A stretch of DNA of 64,000 nucleotides from a virus: IMG/VR virus record IMGVR_UViG_3300031992_000005, positions 192,001 through 256,000 of that record. One strand, 5' to 3'. The notes beneath the pieces are model-generated. The model worked only from the letters and a program-made list of their open reading frames with translations. It was not told the DNA's origin and did not search any database. Both the position numbers and the translations under genes were made by a program. Each line of letters starts with the position of its first letter. Position 1 is the stretch's first letter. This document shows, piece by piece, positions 9,089-17,941 of this stretch.

Positions 9089-9709
9089 ATGAAAATTACA
9101 ATTACTAGAGCATTAGCAAAATTAACTTCTTTAAAGAAAGAGGTAAAGAAAGACATTCTCACTTATACACCTACAGCTGTTCAGCACGGTAAGATCTTAA
9201 GATCTCCTCATTCAGCTATGACAAGAGAAGTGTTTGAAGATAAGGCGAAGAGTGGTTTCCAATCACTTCATGATAAGCTTAGTTTAATCGAAAAGTTAAA
9301 CAAAGCAATTCTTATCTCAAATGCTACTACTGAAATCGAGATAGCAGGTGTTGTAATGACAGTTGAACAGGCTCTTCTTATTAAGAGGGAAGTTATTCCT
9401 TTAAAGGAAGATATGCTTAGTAGGTATAAGTCGGTCTGGACTGAAACTCGTAAATCCTATGAAGCTGCGCTTAGTGAAAATGAAGCGAAAGTAGAGAGGA
9501 TGATTAGAGATGCTGGTGATAATGACCAGAAGAAGTCCAGAATTGATGCAGAGACTTACGTAAATCAGTCTAAGGCAGTGGATATTGTTGACCCATTGAA
9601 ATTACCTGATGTGATTGAGTCTCTAGAGAAGGAAATAAATGACTTCAATCTTAACGTAGACTATGCTCTCAGCGAGAGTAATAGTACTACATTCATTGAG
9701 ATTGATTAA
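9089..9709 (+). CDS. hypothetical protein
   Basis: 206-aa ORF. Confidence 0.6.
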   Translation: MKITITRALAKLTSLKKEVKKDILTYTPTAVQHGKILRSPHSAMTREVFEDKAKSGFQSLHDKLSLIEKLNKAILISNATTEIEIAGVVMTVEQALLIKREVIPLKEDMLSRYKSVWTETRKSYEAALSENEAKVERMIRDAGDNDQKKSRIDAETYVNQSKAVDIVDPLKLPDVIESLEKEINDFNLNVDYALSESNSTTFIEID

Positions 9710-9717
9710 GTAATATA

Positions 9718-10040
9718 TTCGATGTCATATCGAAAGTGGGCAAAAATAACGCCTTCTTTTGTGTCAAGAAGTGAAATAATGATACGTTATGTAAATCGCA
9801 AACTTACATTGTTAAATCACTTCAAAGCTCAAAGGAAAAAGCTCAAAGCTCAAAGATCAAAGTTTAACTGTTCACTACAATTTAACTTGGTGGAGTTATG
9901 ACTGTCGGTAGTGAACATCAAAGCTTAAACATGAAAGATCCAAAGCTTTACAAAATCCCTGAGTTAATTCATCATGGCAACATGTAGGAGTTTTGCAGTT
10001 ATGCCTCCGCTTACTTATACAGGGCTGATATGACATTGAA
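9718..10040 (+). other. structured non-coding element (3' UTR or ncRNA) with CAAAGCT repeats
   Basis: 14-bp closing helix TTCGATGTCATATC / GATATGACATTGAA (G.U only on the + strand). Internal helices GTTCACTAC/GTAGTGAAC and ATGTAA/TTACAT. At least 7 CAAAG(CT) repeats. Confidence 0.35.
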
Positions 10041-10045
10041 TTTTG

Positions 10046-10090
10046 AAAAAAAAAAGAGGTTGAGAATAAAACTCAGCTTCTTTTTTTTTA
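10046..10090. terminator. bidirectional intrinsic terminator between convergent genes
   Basis: A-run, then 11-bp hairpin AAGAGGTTGAG aataaaa CTCAGCTTCTT, then T-run. Confidence 0.65.
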
Positions 10091-10098
10091 TTGGCTCA

Positions 10099-10605
10099 TC
10101 AAAGAGCCGCGATTTTACTCAAGAGGCGGGTTAGTTTTGAGTTATCCACCTCCTTCACTGCATAACTTCCTTGGAGGTCACACAATGCCAACTTCGCTAG
10201 ATTTTGGATTGTGCATCCCTCTGGCATATTAGCCAGCTTCTGAGCATCCTCTACGGATCTCCAGAAAAGTGGCTTGATGTGGTTTTGAATATACCACTTT
10301 ATTTCCTCAAAGTGAGGATGATCACGTGGTATAAACTGATTTAAAATCTCTCCACCCACTTTTGCGTGGTTTGGGTAAGACCAGTCCCCTTTGCCATTGC
10401 GGACTGATGTCTTAATTTTTCCAATATCATGGAGAAGGGCAACTAATTGCATGGTTTTATTGCCCTTGAATATTTTTCTTGCTGCCCGCCATACTAAGAT
10501 TGTGTGTTGGTAGGCATTTCCTTCACGGTGGTATTTTACGTGCCCACCAATACACTTTAATACTTGAAGGCGTTTGATTACCCTCCTTGTTGTGCATCTT
10601 TTCAT
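10099..10605 (-). CDS. HD-domain phosphohydrolase
   Basis: H..(QHTILVW) followed by LLHDIGK, the HD signature. Confidence 0.7.
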   Translation of the reverse strand: MKRCTTRRVIKRLQVLKCIGGHVKYHREGNAYQHTILVWRAARKIFKGNKTMQLVALLHDIGKIKTSVRNGKGDWSYPNHAKVGGEILNQFIPRDHPHFEEIKWYIQNHIKPLFWRSVEDAQKLANMPEGCTIQNLAKLALCDLQGSYAVKEVDNSKLTRLLSKIAAL

Positions 10606-10663
10606 ACACAGACTGACCTATAGCTTCAAAAGCCCCGGACGTCAGATTCCGGTAATTTATATT

Positions 10664-10692
10664 CTATTAATAAGGCATTAATAGTAGGAAGG
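10664..10692 (-). promoter_or_regulatory. promoter motif (class 1 variant)
   Basis: The - strand reads ..TAATGCCTTATTAATAG, about 60 nt upstream of start 10605. Confidence 0.45.
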
Positions 10693-10713
10693 AGAGGAAA
10701 AAAGAAGGGAGGA

Positions 10714-11043
10714 CTATGCCTCTACCTTCTCTTCTCTTGGTCCAAGCAATGAAAGCAATTCTTCATACGAAGAGCATCCCAGAATATTCTGACTAAATTC
10801 CTCAATGTTTTTTCCTTTCATGGCTAACAGTTTTACCTGTGTGCCAATTTTAATCATTTCGAGAATATCCTCAGGATCTTTGCTATTCTGCTTACTGAAA
10901 AATTTATCTCTTAGTTCTCTCGAAGTATGAGCGGCCTCTTCAGCCTCCTTCTTTAGAACATTTAACATCTCAGTCTTCATAAACATGAAGCCGAGTAGTT
11001 GTTCAAAGTTTTCGTTCATAATTTTTTGCTTTTTATTGAACAC
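10714..11043 (-). CDS. hypothetical protein
   Basis: 109-aa ORF. An alternative start is M9 (MNENFEQL). Confidence 0.5.
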   Translation of the reverse strand: MFNKKQKIMNENFEQLLGFMFMKTEMLNVLKKEAEEAAHTSRELRDKFFSKQNSKDPEDILEMIKIGTQVKLLAMKGKNIEEFSQNILGCSSYEELLSLLGPREEKVEA

Positions 11044-11055
11044 TTAGTTATTTAA

Positions 11056-11090
11056 CTCTATATATAAGGCATTTCTTTTACTTTGGGAAG
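11056..11090 (-). promoter_or_regulatory. promoter motif (class 1)
   Basis: The - strand reads CCTTCCCAAAGTAAAAGAAATGCCTTATATATAGAG. Confidence 0.5.
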
Positions 11091-11109
11091 GAAAAAAGAA
11101 AGGGAAGAA

Positions 11110-11316
11110 TTATCTTCCCCCTTCTATGAATTCATCAAAGGCCCTATCTATGTCAGCATATGTCTCGGCCTTTTCTAAGGATTCCTCTAGGCTAGATAAA
11201 TCCCAGCCAAAAAGTGCATTAGATCTTGCTTTTTCATCATCATCTTTGTCATTAACACTTTTTGAAAGTTCTATTTTTTCTTGTTTCACTAATAATATAA
11301 ATTCTATTACATTCAT
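11110..11316 (-). CDS. small acidic protein
   Basis: 68-aa ORF, D/E-rich. Confidence 0.5.
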   Translation of the reverse strand: MNVIEFILLVKQEKIELSKSVNDKDDDEKARSNALFGWDLSSLEESLEKAETYADIDRAFDEFIEGGR

Positions 11317-11344
11317 TTTTGTTTTTTTTTATTAAGTTAATAAT

Positions 11345-11367
11345 TATATATATAAGGCTTTAAGGGG
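11345..11367 (-). promoter_or_regulatory. promoter motif (class 1)
   Basis: The - strand reads CCCCTTAAAGCCTTATATATATA, about 30 nt upstream of start 11316. Confidence 0.5.
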
Positions 11368-11424
11368 AAAAACTCACTTGAGGACCCCTCTATTCTTTAC
11401 CTATGAATATAAATTTAAAGTTTA

Positions 11425-11805
11425 ATGTTGAAAAGATTATTATTTATTATACTTCTTGCATTGTTTGGGAGTTCTATATATGCTCAGAATACATACACAA
11501 AGCAATATGAACTGTCAGGGGTAGAAGAAGTTGATTCAGGAAAAATCAAAAAAGCCACTGGATGCGTTAAAGTCAAGTATAACAATGATTTTAATGTAGT
11601 GGAATTAAAGTACATAGTGAATCCAGAGTCCTACTGGCATTTGATTAAGTTGGAAGATGTTATCCTAGAATCTTCTCCTAGGTCTTTTATCTGTAAAAGA
11701 GAAGATGATATTATTTTTGAAATAAAGGAATCCGGAGACGGATATTCCTACATATTAATAAATTATAGTAAAATTAAAAACAAAAACAATGAAGCAAGTA
11801 ATTAA
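11425..11805 (+). CDS. secreted protein (signal peptide)
   Basis: MLKRLLFIILLALFGSSIYAQ has the form of an N-terminal signal sequence. Confidence 0.55.
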   Translation: MLKRLLFIILLALFGSSIYAQNTYTKQYELSGVEEVDSGKIKKATGCVKVKYNNDFNVVELKYIVNPESYWHLIKLEDVILESSPRSFICKREDDIIFEIKESGDGYSYILINYSKIKNKNNEASN

Positions 11806-12349
11806 ACCTGGTATGGAGTATATACCAGAAAGAGAAAATGTTCGTATTTTCTTAGCGGGAACAATCGACAACGGTTCTTCCGAAGATTGGCAGAAAGAGT
11901 TAACAGACGCTGTAAAAGATGATGCCCCTATTACATTCTTTAATCCTAGACGAGATAAATGGAATCCTGATGAGGGTGAAGAAGGTCTAATTAGGCAGAT
12001 CAAGTGGGAACAGTATTATCTGGATAAGGCAGATGTTATTCTACTGAACTTCGTGGGTAGTAGTAAGTCTCCAATTAGTCTATTGGAGTTGGGTATCTAT
12101 TCTCAGACTAATAAACTTATCGTTCTTTGTCCAAAAGAATACTATAGGTTTATGAATGTAAAGCTAACTTGTGAGAAATATGGTATTCCACTAGTTGAGT
12201 CTGATGATTGGGCAGATCAATTAAATGTACTCAGTCAGATTCTGGAGTTAGAAGGCCCAGCATTACTCGTTAAGCCAGAGTACCTTGAGGATTCCGTTGA
12301 GGAAGAGAATGTAGAGGAAGGAAATAATGATGAATCTGGAAAAGCTTAG
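11789..12349 (+). CDS. nucleoside 2-deoxyribosyltransferase-like protein
   Basis: RIFLAGTI..DWQ, ..NPRR..W, ADVILLNF, SPISLLELG and KLIVLCP match the layout of that fold family. Acidic C-tail. Confidence 0.5.
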   Translation: MKQVIKPGMEYIPERENVRIFLAGTIDNGSSEDWQKELTDAVKDDAPITFFNPRRDKWNPDEGEEGLIRQIKWEQYYLDKADVILLNFVGSSKSPISLLELGIYSQTNKLIVLCPKEYYRFMNVKLTCEKYGIPLVESDDWADQLNVLSQILELEGPALLVKPEYLEDSVEEENVEEGNNDESGKA

Positions 12350-12941
12350 CCTATACCTTAGATCTTGTTTCGCAGGTATATGTATAAGTTTAGGTTGTAT
12401 AATATATCTTAAAGTTGGTGGAGTTATTGGGGCCTGTCTATTCTCGATAGGCCTCATCTCCGTCGTAAGATATGAACTCGACTTATACACTGGTAAAGCT
12501 GGATTTATCAATCTCTTAGGCTTACCTGATTATGCTTACCTAGGAAGAGTTCTTTTGGGCAATATTATAGGATGCCTAATAGTAGGACTCTTATGTAGAT
12601 TTGCATTACCTGACTTGATCGAACCTGCTCAACATATCATTGAGACTAGGGTAACAAAAGGTCCATTAGCAAATGGAATACTTGGAATTGGTTGTGGCAT
12701 GTTAATGACAACCGCAGTATTATTTGCTAAGGCGGATGATGATTATGTACCACTTCTCTTTGCGGTTCCAGTATTTATCTTATCTGGGTTTGTACACTCC
12801 ATCGCAGATTCATGTTACTTCGTAATATCTGGAGGACTTCATTTCTTTACTTATGTATTGAATTACCTCTTTATAGTAATCGGAAATTTTATCGGATGCA
12901 ATGTGTACAGATTTTCTAAAAAGCCTGATGAAATCAATTAA
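12327..12941 (+). CDS. integral membrane protein, formate/nitrite-transporter (FNT)-like
   Basis: Multi-TM protein. CFAGICISLG...FSIGLISVV..ELDLYTGK and GFVHSIADSCYF resemble the FNT signatures (..eLFTGn.., ..EHsiANm..). Confidence 0.45.
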   Translation: MMNLEKLSLYLRSCFAGICISLGCIIYLKVGGVIGACLFSIGLISVVRYELDLYTGKAGFINLLGLPDYAYLGRVLLGNIIGCLIVGLLCRFALPDLIEPAQHIIETRVTKGPLANGILGIGCGMLMTTAVLFAKADDDYVPLLFAVPVFILSGFVHSIADSCYFVISGGLHFFTYVLNYLFIVIGNFIGCNVYRFSKKPDEIN

Positions 12942-13200
12942 ACGTTTTCTGAGATTAGGCCCAATTGAAGATTATCCAAAGAAAGTGAAAAACCTTAAGC
13001 CTGGAGATGTAGTATTTGGACTAGATGATGGAACATTCTTAGGCACAAGAACTAGGGTTAAAACAATTAGCAGTGATGGTGGAATTTTTAAAGTTTCATT
13101 TGAAAATGATAGTCATAGCTTCTCCGTTGATATTCCAAAAATCTCGGGGAATAGACTAGCATATACATCACAAGAACAGCTTAATAATTATTACAAGTAA
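12928..13200 (+). CDS. hypothetical protein
   Basis: ORF track 12901..13200. ATG 12928 shortens the overlap, but the start is uncertain. Confidence 0.45.
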   Translation: MKSIKRFLRLGPIEDYPKKVKNLKPGDVVFGLDDGTFLGTRTRVKTISSDGGIFKVSFENDSHSFSVDIPKISGNRLAYTSQEQLNNYYK

Positions 13201-13201
13201 T

Positions 13202-13312
13202 ATGATTTATCTTATCATTGGTTTAGTAGTTGGCTTCTTCTTAGGCCAGCGTTTTTCAGATGTATCTATTAAAGATATTTATCTAAAGATAAAAGAAAAA
13301 ATTAAGAAATAA
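13202..13312 (+). CDS. hypothetical small TM protein (36 aa, not in ORF track)
   Basis: MIYLIIGLVVGFFLGQRF... Starts 1 nt after the upstream stop and ends in a TAATG overlap with the next gene. Confidence 0.35.
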   Translation: MIYLIIGLVVGFFLGQRFSDVSIKDIYLKIKEKIKK

Positions 13313-13716
13313 TGACAGTAGAAGAAATTCTCAGGCTCGAATCGTTATTAGAAAAACGAGGCTATGTAAAATCCTCAAGTAAAGGGCTTAGATTAACTAA
13401 TGAAGACCATTACTGGTATAAAGGGTTTGGAAGAAAAAATAATCCTTATGAAGAAGGAAGAGCACAATACCAAGTGTTCTTTGCCATATGGGATTTTGAG
13501 AAATATCAGAGGGATGCGGGTTGGAGTTATCAAGTTTATGTGGAAGTAAGTAGGACTGTCTCTGAACTTGTTAAAATAGTCCTGACATCTATTGATAGTA
13601 GTTCTACTATTGAAGAAGTAGAACAAATGGCCGAGAAATTCTTTAAGTTCGTGGATGAGAATTTTTCTATAGGACAAGAATGGATATTAATTAAAAATAA
13701 TAAGAGTAATCCTTGA
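13312..13716 (+). CDS. hypothetical protein
   Basis: 134-aa ORF followed by a terminator. Confidence 0.55.
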   Translation: MTVEEILRLESLLEKRGYVKSSSKGLRLTNEDHYWYKGFGRKNNPYEEGRAQYQVFFAIWDFEKYQRDAGWSYQVYVEVSRTVSELVKIVLTSIDSSSTIEEVEQMAEKFFKFVDENFSIGQEWILIKNNKSNP

Positions 13717-13745
13717 TTTATTCAAGGGTTACCCTTTCTTTTTCA
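13711..13745 (+). terminator. intrinsic terminator
   Basis: CCTTGA tttatt TCAAGG followed by T-rich sequence. Confidence 0.5.
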
Positions 13746-13747
13746 TT

Positions 13748-15004
13748 ATGGAAGAATATATAAAATATTTTGAAACTCAAGAAGAGTATGATGAGTATGT
13801 AACAAGTGGAAATATGAAAAACCCCAATGTATCTTATTGTGAAGATGTTAAGGATGTGCATTATAATCCTTGGACTTGGGCTGATGAATATTTTACAACA
13901 GTTGCATTGGAGAATGGCACGATAACGTTAAACGTACCAGGACATATAGATACACATAATATTTCGTATGTTTCTTATTCAATAAATGGTGGAGCATCAT
14001 GGGTTGACACTGTTGATGTAAATGACTTTGTGGAAGAAACCCCAATAACTATCAATGTTTCTAAGGGTGATGCAATTTTGTGGAAATGTGGAAGTAAGTA
14101 TTATGAAATTCCAAGTGGACTTGGTGGGTGCTTTTTCTCATCTACGTGTAATTTTAACGTAATGGGAAATATAATGTCATTGGCATGTGGTGACAACTTT
14201 AAGGGAGCAAATAGAGGTTCAGAATTTAGCAACTTATTTAAAGATGTTAATGGGAACAAAGAGTGCCTTTTGGTAGATGCATCAAATCTTATCTTTCCAG
14301 CAGTATCTATTGGCTGTAAATCAATGTTTAGTGGCTGTACGAGCTTAGTAAAAGCTCCAAAACTTCCCGCTACTACATTATTGTACTACCAATGTTATTA
14401 TAGTATGTTCCAAGGTTGTACTTCATTAACTACCGCTCCTGAACTTCCTGCTACAACATTAGTTAGTGATTGTTATAGTAGTATGTTCTCTAATTGTACA
14501 AGTTTAACTACCGCCCCTGAGCTTCCCGCTACTACGTTGGCAGACCACTGCTATAGTAGCATGTTCAGTGGTTGTATCTCATTAACTACTGCACCTGAAC
14601 TTCCTGCTACAACGTTGGCAGATTATTGTTATAGCGGTATGTTCAAAGGTTGTACTTCATTAATTGCTGCACCTGAGCTTCCTGCAACGACATTAAGTAG
14701 TAGCTGCTATAGCTGTTATCAGAGTATGTTCGAAGGTTGTACAAGTTTAACAACTGCTCCTGAGCTCCCTATAATAAATCTTAATTCTAGTTATGGTTGT
14801 TATTGGAGAATGTTCTATGGTTGTACAAGTCTTAATTATATTAAAGCGATGTTCACAACAGAACCTTCTTCAGCATATACAAGAGATTGGGTTGATGGTG
14901 TTTCTGCAAATGGTACATTTGTGAAAAATGCAAATGCAACATGGGATGTAAGTGGAACTAATGGTATTCCGACCGGTTGGACAGTAGAAACAGTGACAGT
15001 ATAA
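13748..15004 (+). CDS. BspA-type leucine-rich-repeat protein
   Basis: Seven tandem units CYSSMF.GCTSLTTAPELPATTL.., the LRR_5/BspA-like pattern F.gCtsL...p.lp. Confidence 0.65.
   Translation: MEEYIKYFETQEEYDEYVTSGNMKNPNVSYCEDVKDVHYNPWTWADEYFTTVALENGTITLNVPGHIDTHNISYVSYSINGGASWVDTVDVNDFVEETPITINVSKGDAILWKCGSKYYEIPSGLGGCFFSSTCNFNVMGNIMSLACGDNFKGANRGSEFSNLFKDVNGNKECLLVDASNLIFPAVSIGCKSMFSGCTSLVKAPKLPATTLLYYQCYYSMFQGCTSLTTAPELPATTLVSDCYSSMFSNCTSLTTAPELPATTLADHCYSSMFSGCISLTTAPELPATTLADYCYSGMFKGCTSLIAAPELPATTLSSSCYSCYQSMFEGCTSLTTAPELPIINLNSSYGCYWRMFYGCTSLNYIKAMFTTEPSSAYTRDWVDGVSANGTFVKNANATWDVSGTNGIPTGWTVETVTV
14315..14854 (+). repeat. 7 tandem coding repeats (about 66-81 nt each) inside the LRR gene
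   Basis: Recurring TGTACNAGTTTAACTACCGCNCCTGARCTTCCNGCTACNAC at the DNA level. Confidence 0.8.
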
Positions 15005-15009
15005 ATTTA

Positions 15010-15044
15010 GGGGAAGACTAGTAATAGTCTTCTCCGTTCTTTTT
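15010..15044 (+). terminator. intrinsic terminator
   Basis: GGGGAAGACTA gtaa TAGTCTTCTCC followed by a T-run. Confidence 0.65.
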
Positions 15045-15064
15045 CCTTTAAATCCTTACATGTG
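15043..15064 (+). promoter_or_regulatory. promoter motif (class 2-like)
   Basis: TTCCTTTAAATCCTTACATGTG, about 30 nt upstream of ATG 15093. Confidence 0.45.
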
Positions 15065-15092
15065 TATTATTATAAATAAAATTTTAAATATT

Positions 15093-16082
15093 ATGGAAAA
15101 AGCAGTAAAAGAAAAGAAAGGATCTGTAGTAAATGACATGTTAAACATGTGTGTTATCTATGCTTCAGATTTTGTAGAAAGAATGAATGCGGCTTCAACT
15201 CAGTCAAAGAAAGCTGAGCTCCTGAACAAAGTAGGTTTTGTAAATACTATTGAGTCCGTTAAGTACAAGGAGATGAGTGCGCTCTTTAAGAGAGCAGAAG
15301 GTTTTTACAAAATTCTCAATCCGATTATTGAGGGTAATTCCCAGGCTTTTTTCGTACCAGCGCAAGGTTTCTTAGAGGTATTGAAGAAATATGACCTTGT
15401 ATGTGGTACATTCAAGCAATATAAGGGCGATGTTCCCCTAGAGAACTTGGAAATAATTAATGATATTCAAGATAAGTACATTAGGAATTACTACCGCTAT
15501 GACTTCTACGGCCTTGATTATCGGACTGATATGGTAAGTGAGATTCGTCCGCACATCAGTCTCAGTAGTAGATGTAGTAGCGCTGATCGGGATTACCTGG
15601 AGAGCTACTTTGTAGATAAAGATTACTGTGAGCTGGATATCATGAAGGATCTCAATCGATTCCCATTCCTGGGTATGATAGATGATTTTGACGATGACGC
15701 AATTGAACGTAAGATTAGGACGCACCTCTTCAAGAAGACTGCAAATGTATTTCAGCGCATATTTAACATATCCAGTTTCTTTGAGAAGAATGCTACTATT
15801 AGAACTACAACTATGACAGAAACAAAGGATAACCTGTTTATCTGTGCGCCAAGAGTGGATATGGTACCTAATATCATAGAAGTAAAGGCTAACGTTGAAC
15901 TGGAAGTGGTGAAGGATCCACTTATTGTATCTCTTGTCAAGACTAATGATATCAAGGGAGTCGTAGTTCATACTGGTTGGGGTATGGAAATCAATACAGA
16001 TGAGATGACCAGAATGAAAGATGCAACTGGAAATTTCATGAGAACTTTCAAGGACTTCGAAAAAAGGTTTTGTATTAAATAA
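15093..16082 (+). CDS. hypothetical protein (tandem paralog A1)
   Basis: ORF track 15060..16082. ATG 15093 lies downstream of the promoter motif. Shares FF.P.Q.F...LK.Y.L.CGTF..YKGD.PLE.L, L.ICAP and VHTGWGME.N with 16091..17041. Confidence 0.6.
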   Translation: MEKAVKEKKGSVVNDMLNMCVIYASDFVERMNAASTQSKKAELLNKVGFVNTIESVKYKEMSALFKRAEGFYKILNPIIEGNSQAFFVPAQGFLEVLKKYDLVCGTFKQYKGDVPLENLEIINDIQDKYIRNYYRYDFYGLDYRTDMVSEIRPHISLSSRCSSADRDYLESYFVDKDYCELDIMKDLNRFPFLGMIDDFDDDAIERKIRTHLFKKTANVFQRIFNISSFFEKNATIRTTTMTETKDNLFICAPRVDMVPNIIEVKANVELEVVKDPLIVSLVKTNDIKGVVVHTGWGMEINTDEMTRMKDATGNFMRTFKDFEKRFCIK

Positions 16083-16090
16083 TTAGTGTT

Positions 16091-17041
16091 ATGGGATATT
16101 TTAGTAAACTGATCAAGAGAGCTCCCACAATGGATGTGGCAGATAGCCTCTTGGTTAAGAGTGACAAGATGTTACTCGGATTAGTGGAGCAGATGAGAGA
16201 ACTGGTTCTCCAGGCGGAGAAAGTAAAGCTTATCCGTGAACTAGGTTTTACTAACTCAGAAGAATCCAGTAAAGTAAAGAAAGTAATAAATCTACTTGAA
16301 GAGATTGAAGAAACCTATAATATTCTGAAATCCCTGACGGATAAAAATGATGACACATTCTTTATTCCATTTCAGGTTTTCAAGGATATCCTGAAAGAAT
16401 ACAACCTTTTCTGCGGAACTTTTGACAAGTACAAAGGAGACATTCCACTAGAGAGCTTGAGGACTATTAAGAAAGTCAAGGATAATATGGATAAAACGAG
16501 CCCATATATCCCGGCTCGAATTGATGTATGTGATAGAATTGATATAATTATTCGTACATTCTATTCATACCAACAAAGTCCAATTACTGACGAGATTAAT
16601 CAGGCATTCTTAAATGGTAGACTTTCATCTATCCTAATGGATTTTCTCAGATTACCATTATCAGATCATAATCTTCCACAAGTTTATGCCAATATACAGA
16701 GATTTATTTCTGAAACGGCCTATGCTCATAATCTATATCCAGTTAATATGCACCAAACTATCAATATCAATAAGAAGAATGTCGAAAATCTTCTTATCTG
16801 TGCACCCGCTGATAAAATGAATACAATGGTGGAGAAAATAACATTCGACGTAAAAGAGGTTAAGCCAATAACAAAGGACCCACTGATAATATCAATTACT
16901 AGATCTTCTTCGGGGGTCATTGTTCATACCGGTTGGGGTATGGAAATGAACTTAGATGTTGTAAAAAGTTATCAGGAATCAACTAAGAGGTTCTTAGAAA
17001 AAGCAGAGCCTTTTATGGAGGGAATGAAACAAATCGTATGA
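16091..17041 (+). CDS. hypothetical protein (tandem paralog A2)
   Basis: See 15093..16082. Confidence 0.6.
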   Translation: MGYFSKLIKRAPTMDVADSLLVKSDKMLLGLVEQMRELVLQAEKVKLIRELGFTNSEESSKVKKVINLLEEIEETYNILKSLTDKNDDTFFIPFQVFKDILKEYNLFCGTFDKYKGDIPLESLRTIKKVKDNMDKTSPYIPARIDVCDRIDIIIRTFYSYQQSPITDEINQAFLNGRLSSILMDFLRLPLSDHNLPQVYANIQRFISETAYAHNLYPVNMHQTININKKNVENLLICAPADKMNTMVEKITFDVKEVKPITKDPLIISITRSSSGVIVHTGWGMEMNLDVVKSYQESTKRFLEKAEPFMEGMKQIV

Positions 17042-17457
17042 AACAATTTCTTGTAAAAAAGCCAATTAAGACGTTTAAGATCGTTAAGCTGTTAAAGGAT
17101 AATACATTTGTTCCTTACTTCTTTAGCGATTCTATGAACTACAAACTTGGCGAGTTGTATGAAAAAGACGACTTTTCATTCGAGAAAAAAGACGCCTACT
17201 TTTCATATGACATGAAGAAAAGAGGTTTTTGGATAACAGATACTAAAATCATTACGTTTGAATTACTATTAGGCTTTATCCCAAATCTGTTTACAATATT
17301 TACGTATAGGAAGCATCCTGGCTCATTTGACCTTGCTATTCTGGAGTGTGAAATCCCAGAGGGATCTTATGCTACAAATATAGGGCAGGGGAAAATAGCT
17401 AGTAATAAGTTAAGAGTTAAGCACATAATGTATGTGTTGGACTGGGAAATCTTCTGA
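17038..17457 (+). CDS. hypothetical protein (tandem paralog B1)
   Basis: KPIKTFKIVKLLKDNTFVPYF and ..LECEIPEGS are mirrored in the next ORF. ATGA overlap. Confidence 0.55.
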   Translation: MKQFLVKKPIKTFKIVKLLKDNTFVPYFFSDSMNYKLGELYEKDDFSFEKKDAYFSYDMKKRGFWITDTKIITFELLLGFIPNLFTIFTYRKHPGSFDLAILECEIPEGSYATNIGQGKIASNKLRVKHIMYVLDWEIF

Positions 17458-17941
17458 TAGAAAATTTGCGTTTAAACCAGTAGTGACTTTTAAACTAGTG
17501 GTATTAAAAGCAAGCGGATTATTTTCCCCAATGTACGCTCTGTCTAACTTCTTCTATTACAAAGGAAGACGATGTGATAGGGTTGAGTTAGTAGAGGAAC
17601 CATCAGAACTATTTCAAGGGCTAATTGATATACATAAAGGATATCATTCTTATTCTCAGGATAAAGTAAGATTTTCTGCAAATAAGCTAAAAATTATAAC
17701 CAGCATAGATATACTTAATGCTGATAATAAACTGATCGATAAGATAATAACCTATATGGATATCAATGGTGAAATACGAGAAATGTGTAACAAGGAAGTA
17801 CTAGTATTCTTAAGATGTACTGTACCACAAGGATCACCCTATTACGAAAATTCTGATGGAGAAATAGTAAGCGAATTCTTGGATATAGAGGAAAGTTGGA
17901 CTGTAAATGAACTTATGAAATATCATGACTCCAGAAACTAG
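17432..17941 (+). CDS. hypothetical protein (tandem paralog B2)
   Basis: KPVVTFKLVVLKASGLFSPMY and ..LRCTVPQGS. Confidence 0.5.
   Translation: MCWTGKSSDRKFAFKPVVTFKLVVLKASGLFSPMYALSNFFYYKGRRCDRVELVEEPSELFQGLIDIHKGYHSYSQDKVRFSANKLKIITSIDILNADNKLIDKIITYMDINGEIREMCNKEVLVFLRCTVPQGSPYYENSDGEIVSEFLDIEESWTVNELMKYHDSRN

Noticed and set aside
13748-15004. Diversity-generating retroelement targeting the LRR repeats.
   Set aside because: There is no reverse transcriptase, template repeat or adenine-specific mismatch pattern in the window. The repeats are ordinary tandem LRR units.
15438-15971. 177-aa and 67-aa ORFs on the - strand (15438..15971, 15752..15955).
   Set aside because: They are antisense to 15093..16082, whose reality is supported by a conserved tandem paralog.
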